Assembly: GCA_963666985.2 (NCBI GenBank)
Contig: CAXXIA010000001.1
Coordinates: 1,024,001-1,088,000, forward strand
Reading direction: 5' to 3'
From: Spirochaetia bacterium
GTDB lineage: Bacteria; Spirochaetota; Spirochaetia; DSM-2461
Length of the DNA stretch: 64,000 nucleotides
The translations under genes and the position numbers were made by a program. The notes under the pieces are model-generated. The model had not been told where the DNA came from. It saw only the letters and a list, made by a program, of their open reading frames with translations, and searched no databases. Below, piece by piece: positions 10,199 through 19,329 of the stretch; position 1 is the first letter of the stretch; each line of letters begins with the position of its first letter.

Positions 10199-10489
10199 AT
10201 GACCATAAAAAATCTTCTTGATGAATATAATCTTTCGGACGACGACATCCGATGGTCGCTTTCGAAAATAACGGCCGAACGCATCAGGCATCTTCTCGAG
10301 GAGGGCGATACCGAAGCTTTAATCGACCACATCTGGTCGGGCGGCTTGGGTGACGAACTCTACGACATGGAAGAGCGCTGGATGAGAGACCGTCATGACC
10401 GTTTCGAAAGGGGCATACTGGATGAGGGCCATATTCGCGACGAACTTTCGGAGTTTGTTCTGGACCGCATCAACCGCCCGCGGCGGTGA
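10199..10489 (+). CDS. Hypothetical acidic helical protein (96 aa)
   Basis: Protein-like composition fills the pgm-rnhA gap exactly. CATAAT lies 6 nt before the ATG. Confidence 0.7.
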   Translation: MTIKNLLDEYNLSDDDIRWSLSKITAERIRHLLEEGDTEALIDHIWSGGLGDELYDMEERWMRDRHDRFERGILDEGHIRDELSEFVLDRINRPRR

Positions 10490-12230
10490 TGCGGTCGCTT
10501 ACCCAGGCATCGATTCCTTTAATCCTTTCCGCCAGTTCCTTATCGGCCTTTTGATAATCGGCTCCGTTATCCGATCGGCAGGATGCGTAGAATTTTATTT
10601 TCGGTTCCGTTCCCGAAGGTCTGGCCGTAACCAGACTTCCGTCTTCCAGCACAAACTGGAGAACGTTCGACGAGGGAAGATGAATATTCTTCGAAGCAAT
10701 TCCCTCCGGTTTGGATTTCGTGGTGCCGTCTTTATAATCTCTAACCGCCGTTACGGCCAGCGAAGCAATGGACTGGGGAGGATTCTTTCGCAAAGAAGCC
10801 ATCAGGGAATCCATTACGCTCTGCCCCTCCTGCCCCTCGAAATTGCGTGAAATAAGAGATTCCCGCCAGTATCCGAAACGCGACCAGAGCTCTTCAAGAT
10901 GCTCCATTACGGTCTTGCCCCGTTCCCTGTTCCAAAGAGTCATCTCAGCCGTCATGGAGGCGGCCGAAACGGCGTCCTTGTCCCTGACTTCCGTGCCTAC
11001 CAGGTAGCCGTAGCTCTCTTCTCCGCCGAACACGTATGAATGATTGCCGTCCGCTTCGAATTGACGAATTTTTTCTCCGATGTATTTGAAGCCGGTAAGC
11101 ACACGAAAGCTCTCGGCGCCGTAGTAATCGGCGATGCGGTTCTGGAATTCGGAAGTAACGATGGTATTGATGAACACGGGGTTCGCGGGAAGATTCCCCT
11201 GCTCCTTCAGGGAACGGAAAATATAATCGGCCAGAAGAGCTCCCAGCTGATTTCCCGTTATCAGACGCCACTCGCCTTTAAACGGAACCGCGATTCCGAG
11301 CCTGTCGGCATCGGGATCGGTCGCCATAACCAAATCCGCATTCTCCCGGGCGGCCAAATCGAGCGCCATCTTCAATGCCGGGGCAATCTCGGGATTCGGG
11401 AATTCGACAGTCGGGAAATCTCCGTCGGGCTCTCTTTGCTCCGGTACGGTAATGATGTGTATTCCCAGTTTTTCAAGAACCGATTCCACGGGAACCGTTC
11501 CTGTTCCGTGAAGCGGAGAATACACGATTTTTAAATCCGAACCTCTTTTTTGAATCAGCTCGGGATTTAAAGAGAGGGAGACGACCATGTCGCGATAAGC
11601 CGTATCGATTTCATTATCAATGGGAATAATAAGGCCCTTGGCTTCCGCTTCGGCCCTATCCATGGCCGGCACCGAACCTGATACGGAGCGGACTTCCGCG
11701 ATAATCCCCTTATCATGCGGAGGAACCACCTGAGCTCCATCGGACCAATAAACTTTGTATCCGTTGTATTTCGCCGGATTATGGCTTGCCGTAACCATAA
11801 TACCCGCGCAAGCGCCGAGCCGCCGGACGGCATAGGAAAGAACCGGAGTAGGACGCAGTCCCGTGAAAAGATATGTTTTGATTCCCGAAGAGGCCAGGAC
11901 TCTCGCCGCTTCTTCGGCAAAAAGATCCGAATAATGCCGGCTGTCGTAAGAAACAACCGCGATTCTTTCGCGTTCGGGAACATGAGATTTTATATACGCG
12001 GCAAGGCCTTGAGTGGCTTTCCTGATGGTATAAGGATTTATTCTGTTGTTTCCGCCGCCGATTACACCCCTCAGGCCGCCCGTTCCGAAATCCAACTCCC
12101 GCCAGAATCGATCGGAAAGTTCTTCCCAATCCTCATTCAGCAGCAGACGACTCACCTCATCACCGAACAAAGGATGCTCTTCAAGCGCTAAATATTCTTC
12201 GGCTTTCTCTCTGATTTCTTCTTTCGTCAT
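10470..12230 (-). CDS. Phosphoglucomutase/phosphomannomutase
   Basis: FGTGGLRG, TASHNP phosphoserine motif, DPDADR, GGEES, RPSGTEPKIKFY. Confidence 0.97.
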   Translation of the reverse strand: MTKEEIREKAEEYLALEEHPLFGDEVSRLLLNEDWEELSDRFWRELDFGTGGLRGVIGGGNNRINPYTIRKATQGLAAYIKSHVPERERIAVVSYDSRHYSDLFAEEAARVLASSGIKTYLFTGLRPTPVLSYAVRRLGACAGIMVTASHNPAKYNGYKVYWSDGAQVVPPHDKGIIAEVRSVSGSVPAMDRAEAEAKGLIIPIDNEIDTAYRDMVVSLSLNPELIQKRGSDLKIVYSPLHGTGTVPVESVLEKLGIHIITVPEQREPDGDFPTVEFPNPEIAPALKMALDLAARENADLVMATDPDADRLGIAVPFKGEWRLITGNQLGALLADYIFRSLKEQGNLPANPVFINTIVTSEFQNRIADYYGAESFRVLTGFKYIGEKIRQFEADGNHSYVFGGEESYGYLVGTEVRDKDAVSAASMTAEMTLWNRERGKTVMEHLEELWSRFGYWRESLISRNFEGQEGQSVMDSLMASLRKNPPQSIASLAVTAVRDYKDGTTKSKPEGIASKNIHLPSSNVLQFVLEDGSLVTARPSGTEPKIKFYASCRSDNGADYQKADKELAERIKGIDAWVSDRITAAGG

Positions 12231-12364
12231 TTTATTTCTCCGTTTTGCCGACGTTCCGCAAGCCCGATAAGAAGTATAAAGAATCGGCGTCTATTCTACG
12301 AATCCCGCTTCGATCATGTTTATCGGCTTTTCAGGCCGGATTCAGCGCCGTTCGATTTCCCTCT

Positions 12365-14941
12365 TTAAGGGAGTTTTTTTGCTTTCAACCTCTCCAATGC
12401 CCAGTATGTATATTTTCTGACCTTTTTGTCCGGATCATTCTGCAATGATTTTAAAATATTCTCACCCTCCGGTGAGGCAAGCGATTCCAAGGCTTTCGTA
12501 ACCTTTATTCGGACTTCTCTGTCGGGATCTCTGGCCGCGAGGACGATTCCTCTGTAAGCGGATTCCGTTGCGATTTGTGCAAGAAGTTCCGCCGCATCCC
12601 TTCTTACTTCCGGTTTTCGATGCCCCAATCGTCTGATGAGGATTTCAACAAATCCGGTCCGGGTCAGGATGTCGGCCAAAAGAGGCTTTATGGAGCCGAT
12701 GTCCTCTTTGAGTAAATTGACAAGAGCCTCTTCACCCGATTCACCCATAGCCTTAAAAACCGCGGCGATTCGATCCCTAAGAACGGCTTCCGAGTCTTTG
12801 AAATGTTCAACAAGAGCCGTGATTGATTTTTTATCGGTCTTCGCGGCCATGGCGGCAATCAGTTCTTCCCGAAGATCCCTTCCCTCATAAAGGAACTCAA
12901 CCATGACATCAACGGATTCTTTGGCGGTACTCGCCGAAAGCCCTTCGAGAGCGGCATTTCGAACTGCGGGAGATTCGTTCATATCGGTTAGGATTGACCG
13001 CAGCGCCCCGATGAATTTTTCCGTTGCTTTTATCCCGGCAGCTCGGGCCGCATCGCACCGAACGCGTTCAACAGGATCGCGAATCAAATCCAGAACCTGG
13101 GGTGTGGCCTTCAGTTCATCCGCATCCATTAAGGCCCTCAAGCATGCGATGCGGACATCGGGATCGGCATCTTTCAGACCTTCCCTGATCCTGGCTCCAA
13201 AAACACTAATGTAATTCGCCGGAAGACTTGCGATTAGCGCCGCGCGTATACCGGAATCCGGAGAAGAAAGGATGAACCCCGCTCGCTCCTCGAACGCCTT
13301 TTGGTTAATTGCGGCCAAATGCGGCGCAAACGAACGAGCCTCTTCCAAAGGTAGAATGGGCAGATTTTCCAATAAAATCTGCAGTGTTTGGTCCAAATGC
13401 CAGCCGGCAAGACATTTCAGCGCTCTGAGTCTGACATTATGTGAATAGACGGCTCGATCCGATTCCAAAATATCCAAAATCTTTCCAAGGAACATTGAAG
13501 AGGGCAGCCGTACCATGATGGAAACAAATGTCTCATCAGCCGGGAAATCCGGATCGGCGAGGAACTCCAGAAGAACATCACGGAACACCGGTGCTTCGCC
13601 GGGCGGAAGAAGGGGCAGAATGAACCCAAGAACATCGCCGTCCTTCTTTCTTGCGCGAAGCTCATCCCTGACCAAAGCACGGGCCGAATCATCTCCGCGG
13701 ACACAGGCCAGAGTCATCGCGGTTCGGTACAGCTCTTCCTCATCAGCTTCTTTTATGGGATCCGTTCTGCCGAAAGCCTTGGAAGCCAAAGCACCGATAA
13801 GACGATTATCTCCGCCGTCGGTCAGCAATTTGGCTCCGAGAAGAAGCACATCGGTTTTTTCGATTCCTTTTATTTTCTCCAGAAAGCCCGTAACACCGAC
13901 GGATACCGCTTTGGAAAGAAGATCTCTTCGACGTTCCCAGTCCTCCCGGTCTCCCCGATTCGCTTCGGTTAAGATTCTTTCGAGACTTCCGGATTTTTCA
14001 AGGAATCGTGCCGCGGCCAACCGTGATTCGACAGTTTTTCCCCGGAGCGCGGAAATAGCGACATTCTCGTCTTCTTTTGAGCCGATTTTGAGCAATTCGA
14101 GAACATGAACCGATTGAAGGGCGTTCATCCCCGCAGGATCAAGCCTCCAACGCTCCGGAAACAGCGAATCGATTCGTTTACGCGCGCTCCGACGGACTTC
14201 GGGAACCGGATCGTCGAGAACCATATTCATAAGAGCTCCGAAAAGCTCTTCCGGATCGTCCGCCGCGATCTCCGAAGCGACGGTTTTCCGAATCAAAGGA
14301 TGCGGATCGCTAAAAGCGGCTTTCAGCAGTCGGATGGATTTGGGATCGCTGTCCGACAAAAGAACGCGAACGGCGAAAAATCGAACGGGCCATTCCGGAT
14401 CGCCCGAAAGCTCCCGAAGCCCTTCGAAACAGGAAGAAAGGAGTTTTTTTGCCTTATGTCCGTCGAAATCACGGCCATGGGCGGTGAGCGCCATTTCCCT
14501 GATAACCAGAATATCGTTGATTTCCTGCACCCAGGACTTGAATACATGAAAAATGGACTCTTTCTTCAGGGCTAAAAGAAAAACATGAAAAGCACCTTCT
14601 TTGGGAGCCAGCTTTAAAATACGCTTGGCATGATCCGTTCGATGAGCGGCGTCGAGTTTACGGACCAAGTGATCGAGAACACCGAAATGAGAGATGATGA
14701 TATCTCCCTTTTTTCTTATCAGGGTTTCGATTATGGAAGGTCTTGAGAGAAGTTTCTCTGTGAAAGCCGGATCGGTTTGATTGAGTTCCAGCTTACTTAA
14801 GGCCGTTTTTAAAATCTTTCTTCTTCGAACCATCACGATGAGAACCATGATGATGACGACGATCACGATCGCGATCAAAGCCCAAACCCACATATCAATT
14901 TGCGGAACGAATTCTGCAAATTTCAAGCTTATCTCTTTCAT
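12365..14941 (-). CDS. Membrane-anchored HEAT-repeat protein
   Basis: N-terminal TM helix followed by RRRK; many D-P-x-x-x-V-R-x-x-A repeats (DPEWPVR, DPHPLIR, DPVPEVR, DPDVR, DPDREVR, DPDKKVR). Confidence 0.88.
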   Translation of the reverse strand: MKEISLKFAEFVPQIDMWVWALIAIVIVVIIMVLIVMVRRRKILKTALSKLELNQTDPAFTEKLLSRPSIIETLIRKKGDIIISHFGVLDHLVRKLDAAHRTDHAKRILKLAPKEGAFHVFLLALKKESIFHVFKSWVQEINDILVIREMALTAHGRDFDGHKAKKLLSSCFEGLRELSGDPEWPVRFFAVRVLLSDSDPKSIRLLKAAFSDPHPLIRKTVASEIAADDPEELFGALMNMVLDDPVPEVRRSARKRIDSLFPERWRLDPAGMNALQSVHVLELLKIGSKEDENVAISALRGKTVESRLAAARFLEKSGSLERILTEANRGDREDWERRRDLLSKAVSVGVTGFLEKIKGIEKTDVLLLGAKLLTDGGDNRLIGALASKAFGRTDPIKEADEEELYRTAMTLACVRGDDSARALVRDELRARKKDGDVLGFILPLLPPGEAPVFRDVLLEFLADPDFPADETFVSIMVRLPSSMFLGKILDILESDRAVYSHNVRLRALKCLAGWHLDQTLQILLENLPILPLEEARSFAPHLAAINQKAFEERAGFILSSPDSGIRAALIASLPANYISVFGARIREGLKDADPDVRIACLRALMDADELKATPQVLDLIRDPVERVRCDAARAAGIKATEKFIGALRSILTDMNESPAVRNAALEGLSASTAKESVDVMVEFLYEGRDLREELIAAMAAKTDKKSITALVEHFKDSEAVLRDRIAAVFKAMGESGEEALVNLLKEDIGSIKPLLADILTRTGFVEILIRRLGHRKPEVRRDAAELLAQIATESAYRGIVLAARDPDREVRIKVTKALESLASPEGENILKSLQNDPDKKVRKYTYWALERLKAKKLP

Positions 14942-16512
14942 CAGTTGAATCCCTTCACGTTGAAGATAACCACCGGCTTCTCCTTCCCCTTAACCTTAAC
15001 AGGTTTTCTTTCCTCGATTTTAAAGGCGTCACCGAGCAAATCCCGCGTTTGACTTGTAATAATGATTTCTTCGGCGGTCGCTACGCTTTCAAGTCGTGCC
15101 GCCGTATTTACAGTATCTCCAAGGACCGTGTAATCCATTCGCCGATGAGAACCGACATTCCCGGCAACGAGTGGACCGGAAGCCATGCCGATCGATATTT
15201 TCAAATTGGAAGCGTCACCTTTAAAGAAAGTACGATTACCGGATCTGACCAGCTCATGGATTCTTAAGGCGGTCGCTACGGCCAGCTTCGCATCTTCTTC
15301 CTCGGTCTTCATGGGAACACCCCAAGCCGCCATAATACAGTCACCGATGAATTTATCGATATACCCATGATTATCGATAACCAGTTCCACGGCTTCATTG
15401 AAGAATTCGTTGAGAACTTCGATGATGTATTGAGGATCTTTCCCCTCCGAAAACGCCGTATATCCGGTAATGTCGGCGAAAAAAACCGTCGCGTTTTTTT
15501 TGTCTCCCCCGGGTTTTACCAACTCGGGATTTTCCGTAAGACTCTTTACCAAATCCTGTGAGAGATAGCGCGAAAACATATCTTTGATATGCCGTCTTTG
15601 TTCAACCGCCGTATCGGCTTGGGCTTTAAGAGCCCTTTCTCGAGTTTGGTCCGTGAACAGAAGCGTCAGTCCGTCGTTTTGTCCTTGCGAAGATTTCAGC
15701 GGAGCAATATTCAGGGAATAATCCATATCCTCGGAATCTTCCCGCTTCAAAATACCTTCCAATCCCGCGTATTCGCTGTTGTCCGTTCCCGCTTTTGCGA
15801 CCGCGCCCAGGATATGTTTTCCGAGCCCCTTTCCGAACTTATCGGTAAAAATCCTGCCGATATCGGATTCATTTAAACCCAGACTTTCCTCGGCGGCTCT
15901 GTTGAAATATTGGATTGTTCCGTTTTTATCGGTTGTTACCAGAAGATTGGTCATGGATTGGAAAATCGATGCCTGGTAACGTTCGAGAGACTCAATCTTG
16001 GCAAGATATTCTTTCAGTTCCTTCATCAGCCGAGCGTTTTCCAGCAAACCTCCGGCCAACCGAGTCAACGAGTCAAGATATCTGAATTTCTGATTTCCGA
16101 AATGATTTGAAGAGCGGCTGTTGAGAAACAGAGCTCCGATGCACTTTTTTTTTGTCTTTACGGGAAGAACGATTGCGCTCTTCATCTCTTCGGATAAAAA
16201 TATTTCGGAGAAAAAATGATTAGATCCCCGATCGGAAACGACAACGGCTTCTCCGCACTCCTCCAGGAACTCCATAATCTCCGTTCCCGCCGGGATTGCT
16301 TTCGGAACATCCCTCAAGCCCCTTCGGTAAACCAGCTTTAAAGAGCCCGCGGATGTTTCGGGATTCTCATATATATACAAACAGGCCAAATCCGAACGGG
16401 AATAATCGGCCGATTGTTCTACAAGGACGGATACCAGATTCTTGAAATCCGATTCGGCGGAAAGCCTACCGCTGGCTCTGACCAATTCATCAAGTACCGA
16501 AATCTTGTTCAT
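14941..16512 (-). CDS. GAF-PAS class III adenylate cyclase
   Basis: FFADITGYT, IDKFIGDCIMA, DYTVLGDTVNTAARLE; N-terminal GAF-like and PAS (LLVTTDKNGTIQYFNRAAE) regions. Confidence 0.93.
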   Translation of the reverse strand: MNKISVLDELVRASGRLSAESDFKNLVSVLVEQSADYSRSDLACLYIYENPETSAGSLKLVYRRGLRDVPKAIPAGTEIMEFLEECGEAVVVSDRGSNHFFSEIFLSEEMKSAIVLPVKTKKKCIGALFLNSRSSNHFGNQKFRYLDSLTRLAGGLLENARLMKELKEYLAKIESLERYQASIFQSMTNLLVTTDKNGTIQYFNRAAEESLGLNESDIGRIFTDKFGKGLGKHILGAVAKAGTDNSEYAGLEGILKREDSEDMDYSLNIAPLKSSQGQNDGLTLLFTDQTRERALKAQADTAVEQRRHIKDMFSRYLSQDLVKSLTENPELVKPGGDKKNATVFFADITGYTAFSEGKDPQYIIEVLNEFFNEAVELVIDNHGYIDKFIGDCIMAAWGVPMKTEEEDAKLAVATALRIHELVRSGNRTFFKGDASNLKISIGMASGPLVAGNVGSHRRMDYTVLGDTVNTAARLESVATAEEIIITSQTRDLLGDAFKIEERKPVKVKGKEKPVVIFNVKGFN

Positions 16513-16563
16513 TGCTCTATTATACAAATAATAATTTTAGAAAGTGATAAATTCTCAAAAAGG

Positions 16564-16842
16564 TTAAGCCGTTTGATGCGCCATTTTCAGATCATCGGCA
16601 TACTTGAATAAACCCGTATGCGCGTTCCACGGACGTCCCTGGTCATCGATAACAACAAGGTGCCTTCCGTCTTCGCTTATCCCCATTACCGGATAAACTC
16701 TGCCGGGCGTAAGCCTTTGTTTCGCATCCGAATAGGGGTTTTCCAAATCATCAAACAGCAATCCCGTCTCGGTTTCCCGGCAGCGTTCTTTAAAATTATC
16801 TTTAAGAGTTACATAAAAACAAACCGGAGGTACTTCAATCAT
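16564..16842 (-). CDS. Small hypothetical protein (92 aa), possible SH3-like barrel
   Basis: ATGA overlap with the sigma stop; LTPGRVYPV...LVVIDDQG pattern. Confidence 0.7.
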   Translation of the reverse strand: MIEVPPVCFYVTLKDNFKERCRETETGLLFDDLENPYSDAKQRLTPGRVYPVMGISEDGRHLVVIDDQGRPWNAHTGLFKYADDLKMAHQTA

Positions 16843-17816
16843 ACATAATCCTTCAATTCTCTTATCGCCGGAAAGTTTTTCAGCTTATTGATGGCTTTTT
16901 CCTGAATTTGTCTGACGCGTTCGCGGGTAATCCCGAGCATTTTTCCGGTTTCTTCCAAAGTCAGCGGACCTTCTCCGGCGAGTCCGAATCGAAGCTGAAT
17001 GATTCTCTTTTCCCGATCGTTCAGCTGATCGAGAACCTGATCGAGCGTATCCTGCAGACTGGAGGTAAAGACCGATTCAACAGGTTCCGGTGAACTTTCG
17101 TCTTTTATGAGTTCCGAAAGCCTGGTTACATGATCATCGTCGACGGTTGTGTCCAAACTCGCCGTTTCCTGAGAAAGCTTCATGATTTCTTTAACCTTTT
17201 CTTCCGAAAGGTTCATGTATTTGGCCAATTCTTTTTCCGTCGGTTCTCTTCCCAATTCCTGCTGAAGCTGCTTTGAAACGAAAAACGTCTTTTTAATCGT
17301 ATTGAGCATGTGGATGGGTATACGGATTACCCGCGCCTTATCGGCAAGTGATTTGATAATGGCCTGGCGTATCCACCATGTACCGTAAGTTGAAAAACGG
17401 CATCCTCTCTTATAGTCAAATCGATCAACCGCTTCGATGAGTCCGATATTTCCCTCGTTGATAAGGTCTAAAAGGCTCATGCCTCTGTTCTGGTACTTTT
17501 TCGCAATGGAAACGACCAATCTGAGATTTGATTTAATCATCAAACTCTTCTGATCAAAAAGCAGTTCTTCCATATAAGCTTTGCGTTCAAGATAAGCATT
17601 GTTGTCGATGTTCTCTTTGTGCCTTTCTTCTTCAAGTTCGACGAGAGATGATTTATAGCGGGAAATATTCTGTCCTATATCCTGTTCCTGATTAATGGTT
17701 AAGAGCGAATATCGGGAAATCTGTTTTAAATATAATGCGAGAGGATCGGATTCGGCTTGAGCTTCAACAAAATCATTCCCATCCGTTAAAACGCCGGACT
17801 CTTCAATATCTGTCAT
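16839..17816 (-). CDS. Sigma-70 family factor lacking region 1.1 (group 2, RpoS-like)
   Basis: Region 1.2 DPLALYLKQI, region 2 NLRLVVSIAKKY and RFSTYGTWWIRQAI, region 4 TLEETGKMLGITRERVRQI. Confidence 0.95.
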   Translation of the reverse strand: MTDIEESGVLTDGNDFVEAQAESDPLALYLKQISRYSLLTINQEQDIGQNISRYKSSLVELEEERHKENIDNNAYLERKAYMEELLFDQKSLMIKSNLRLVVSIAKKYQNRGMSLLDLINEGNIGLIEAVDRFDYKRGCRFSTYGTWWIRQAIIKSLADKARVIRIPIHMLNTIKKTFFVSKQLQQELGREPTEKELAKYMNLSEEKVKEIMKLSQETASLDTTVDDDHVTRLSELIKDESSPEPVESVFTSSLQDTLDQVLDQLNDREKRIIQLRFGLAGEGPLTLEETGKMLGITRERVRQIQEKAINKLKNFPAIRELKDYV

Positions 17817-17830
17817 ATTTTTTTCCGAAT

Positions 17831-18658
17831 TCAGCCGCGAGGGGCATTCTCAGGAGATACGGGGACACCACCTTTAAAAACGGAAAAATACATTTCCCGT
17901 CTTCCGCCCTCGGGACCGGCATCACCTAATCTCCCTATTCGATTTCCTGCGGAAATATCCTGACCTACGTTTACAAACAGATCTTCATTTCCGCCATATA
18001 AGTAAATATAACCGTCGGAATCAATTAACACAACGTTTCCGAAGCCTCGGTACGGCCCCGTCCAAACAACATTCCCCGCGGATACCGCGCAAACATAACT
18101 TTTTGCATCCGCTTCGATACTGACACCGACAAGTTTGCCGTCAAGGGGCCTTTTTAACCCGGAGACAGGCCATTGGGGTACTTCAACCATAACAGGTGTT
18201 TCTTTCGGTTGAGATGAAGGACGAGGATTTGGAGGTGCGGGTTGAATATCGCCACCGGTTACCTTCCTTACGATAAGAGTTTCGCCCACTCTGAGAATGC
18301 GGCCGGTATTTCTTCCGTTCAATGCAAGAAGTTCATCGACGCTTAACCCATGTTTTCCCGCGATTGAGTAATAAGTATCGCCGGGAACAACGGTATGAAG
18401 ATCAACTTCATCGGAAACCGTTGTGTCGGATACGGCATCAATTCCGGGGATGATGAGTCTCATCCCGACCGATAATAATGAAGGATTTGAGATTCCGTTC
18501 TCCGAAAGAAGTACGTCAACATCAATTCCATATTTTTTGGAGAGTGAATAAAGCGTTTCACCCGCCTCTAATACGTGGACTTTATCCGTGCCGTAAGCAC
18601 CGGCAATCGTGATTATCGCCAATAAAAAGGAGAATCCTCGTTTCATTATGTTGCCCAT
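17831..18658 (-). CDS. LysM + M23-like protein (NlpD-like)
   Basis: Signal peptide, two LysM domains (GETLYSLSKKYG, GDTYYSIAGKHG), M23 fold lacking the Zn-binding His motifs. Confidence 0.88.
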   Translation of the reverse strand: MGNIMKRGFSFLLAIITIAGAYGTDKVHVLEAGETLYSLSKKYGIDVDVLLSENGISNPSLLSVGMRLIIPGIDAVSDTTVSDEVDLHTVVPGDTYYSIAGKHGLSVDELLALNGRNTGRILRVGETLIVRKVTGGDIQPAPPNPRPSSQPKETPVMVEVPQWPVSGLKRPLDGKLVGVSIEADAKSYVCAVSAGNVVWTGPYRGFGNVVLIDSDGYIYLYGGNEDLFVNVGQDISAGNRIGRLGDAGPEGGRREMYFSVFKGGVPVSPENAPRG

Positions 18659-18734
18659 ACGGTTTCATCATCGGCTGATGAGCGCTCAGGGATAAACCGC
18701 GAGATGATTTTTGGCGGAATATTTATTTCGAAGT

Positions 18735-19155
18735 TTTTTATCGGGATGGTGGGATTTCCCGGCGGTTCGGACTTCCGCATGCATCCTTGGCATCCTCTTT
18801 TTCGCTATTGCTCGGCGTCCTCACCCTTCGCTTCGCGGCAATCGGCGCCGGCTCGGCAATATCCGATTGCTTGTCCGCCGCCCTCGCACTCCTTGATTGT
18901 CAAATCCCGCTTATATAAAAAAAGGCCCGCCGAGCTTACGCCCAACGGACCTTTTTATCGGGATGGTGGGATTTCCCTCCGGCCTTCGCCTTCCTAACGA
19001 AGGCCGCCGGGCCGCTGGTTCGGACTTCCACATGCATCCTTGGCATGCTCTTCCTCGCTATTGCTCGGCGTCCTCACCCTTCAAATCCCGCTTATATAAA
19101 AAAAGGCCCGCCGAGCTTACGCCCAACGGACCTTTTTATCGGGATGGTGGGATTT
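18735..19155 (-). repeat. tRNA-Pro-linked tandem repeat: two units (217 and 181 bp), three copies of the tRNA 3' tail
   Basis: TTTTTATCGGGATGGTGGGATTT occurs at 18735, 18952 and 19133. An identical ~58-bp terminator block and a near-identical ~63-bp core occur in both units. Confidence 0.95.
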
Positions 19156-19210
19156 GAACCCACGGCCTCCTCGTCCCGAACGAGGCGCGCTCCCCCTGCG
19201 CTACATCCCG
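19139..19210 (-). tRNA. tRNA-Pro(CGG)
   Basis: CGGGATG/CATCCCG acceptor, CCTCG-TTCGGGA-CGAGG anticodon arm, GGTTCAAATCC T arm; CCA not encoded. Confidence 0.95.
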
Positions 19211-19213
19211 AAG

Positions 19214-19290
19214 TGGCGGAAGTGACGGGGGTCGAACCCGCGATCTCCGGCTTGACAGGCCGGCGCGATAACCAGCTTCGCTACACCTCC
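19214..19290 (-). tRNA. tRNA-Asp(GTC)
   Basis: GGAGGTG/CACTTCC acceptor, CCGGC-CTGTCAA-GCCGG anticodon arm, encoded CCA. Confidence 0.96.
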
Positions 19291-19300
19291 GAGCTGAGAC

Positions 19301-19329
19301 ACAATAGCGGAAACTTATCGGGGCGTCAA
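19301..19329 (-). promoter_or_regulatory. Sigma-70 promoter of the tRNA-Asp/Pro operon
   Basis: TTGACG-N17-TATTGT ending 10 nt before tRNA-Asp. Confidence 0.7.

Noticed and set aside
18667..18710. Hammerhead ribozyme (CTGATGA-GCG...CGC-GAGA)
   Set aside because: GAAA core is altered and there is no stem I.
18735..19155. CRISPR array
   Set aside because: Only three tail copies with a ~200-bp period, the intervening sequences are largely homologous to each other, the repeat equals a tRNA end, and no cas genes are present.
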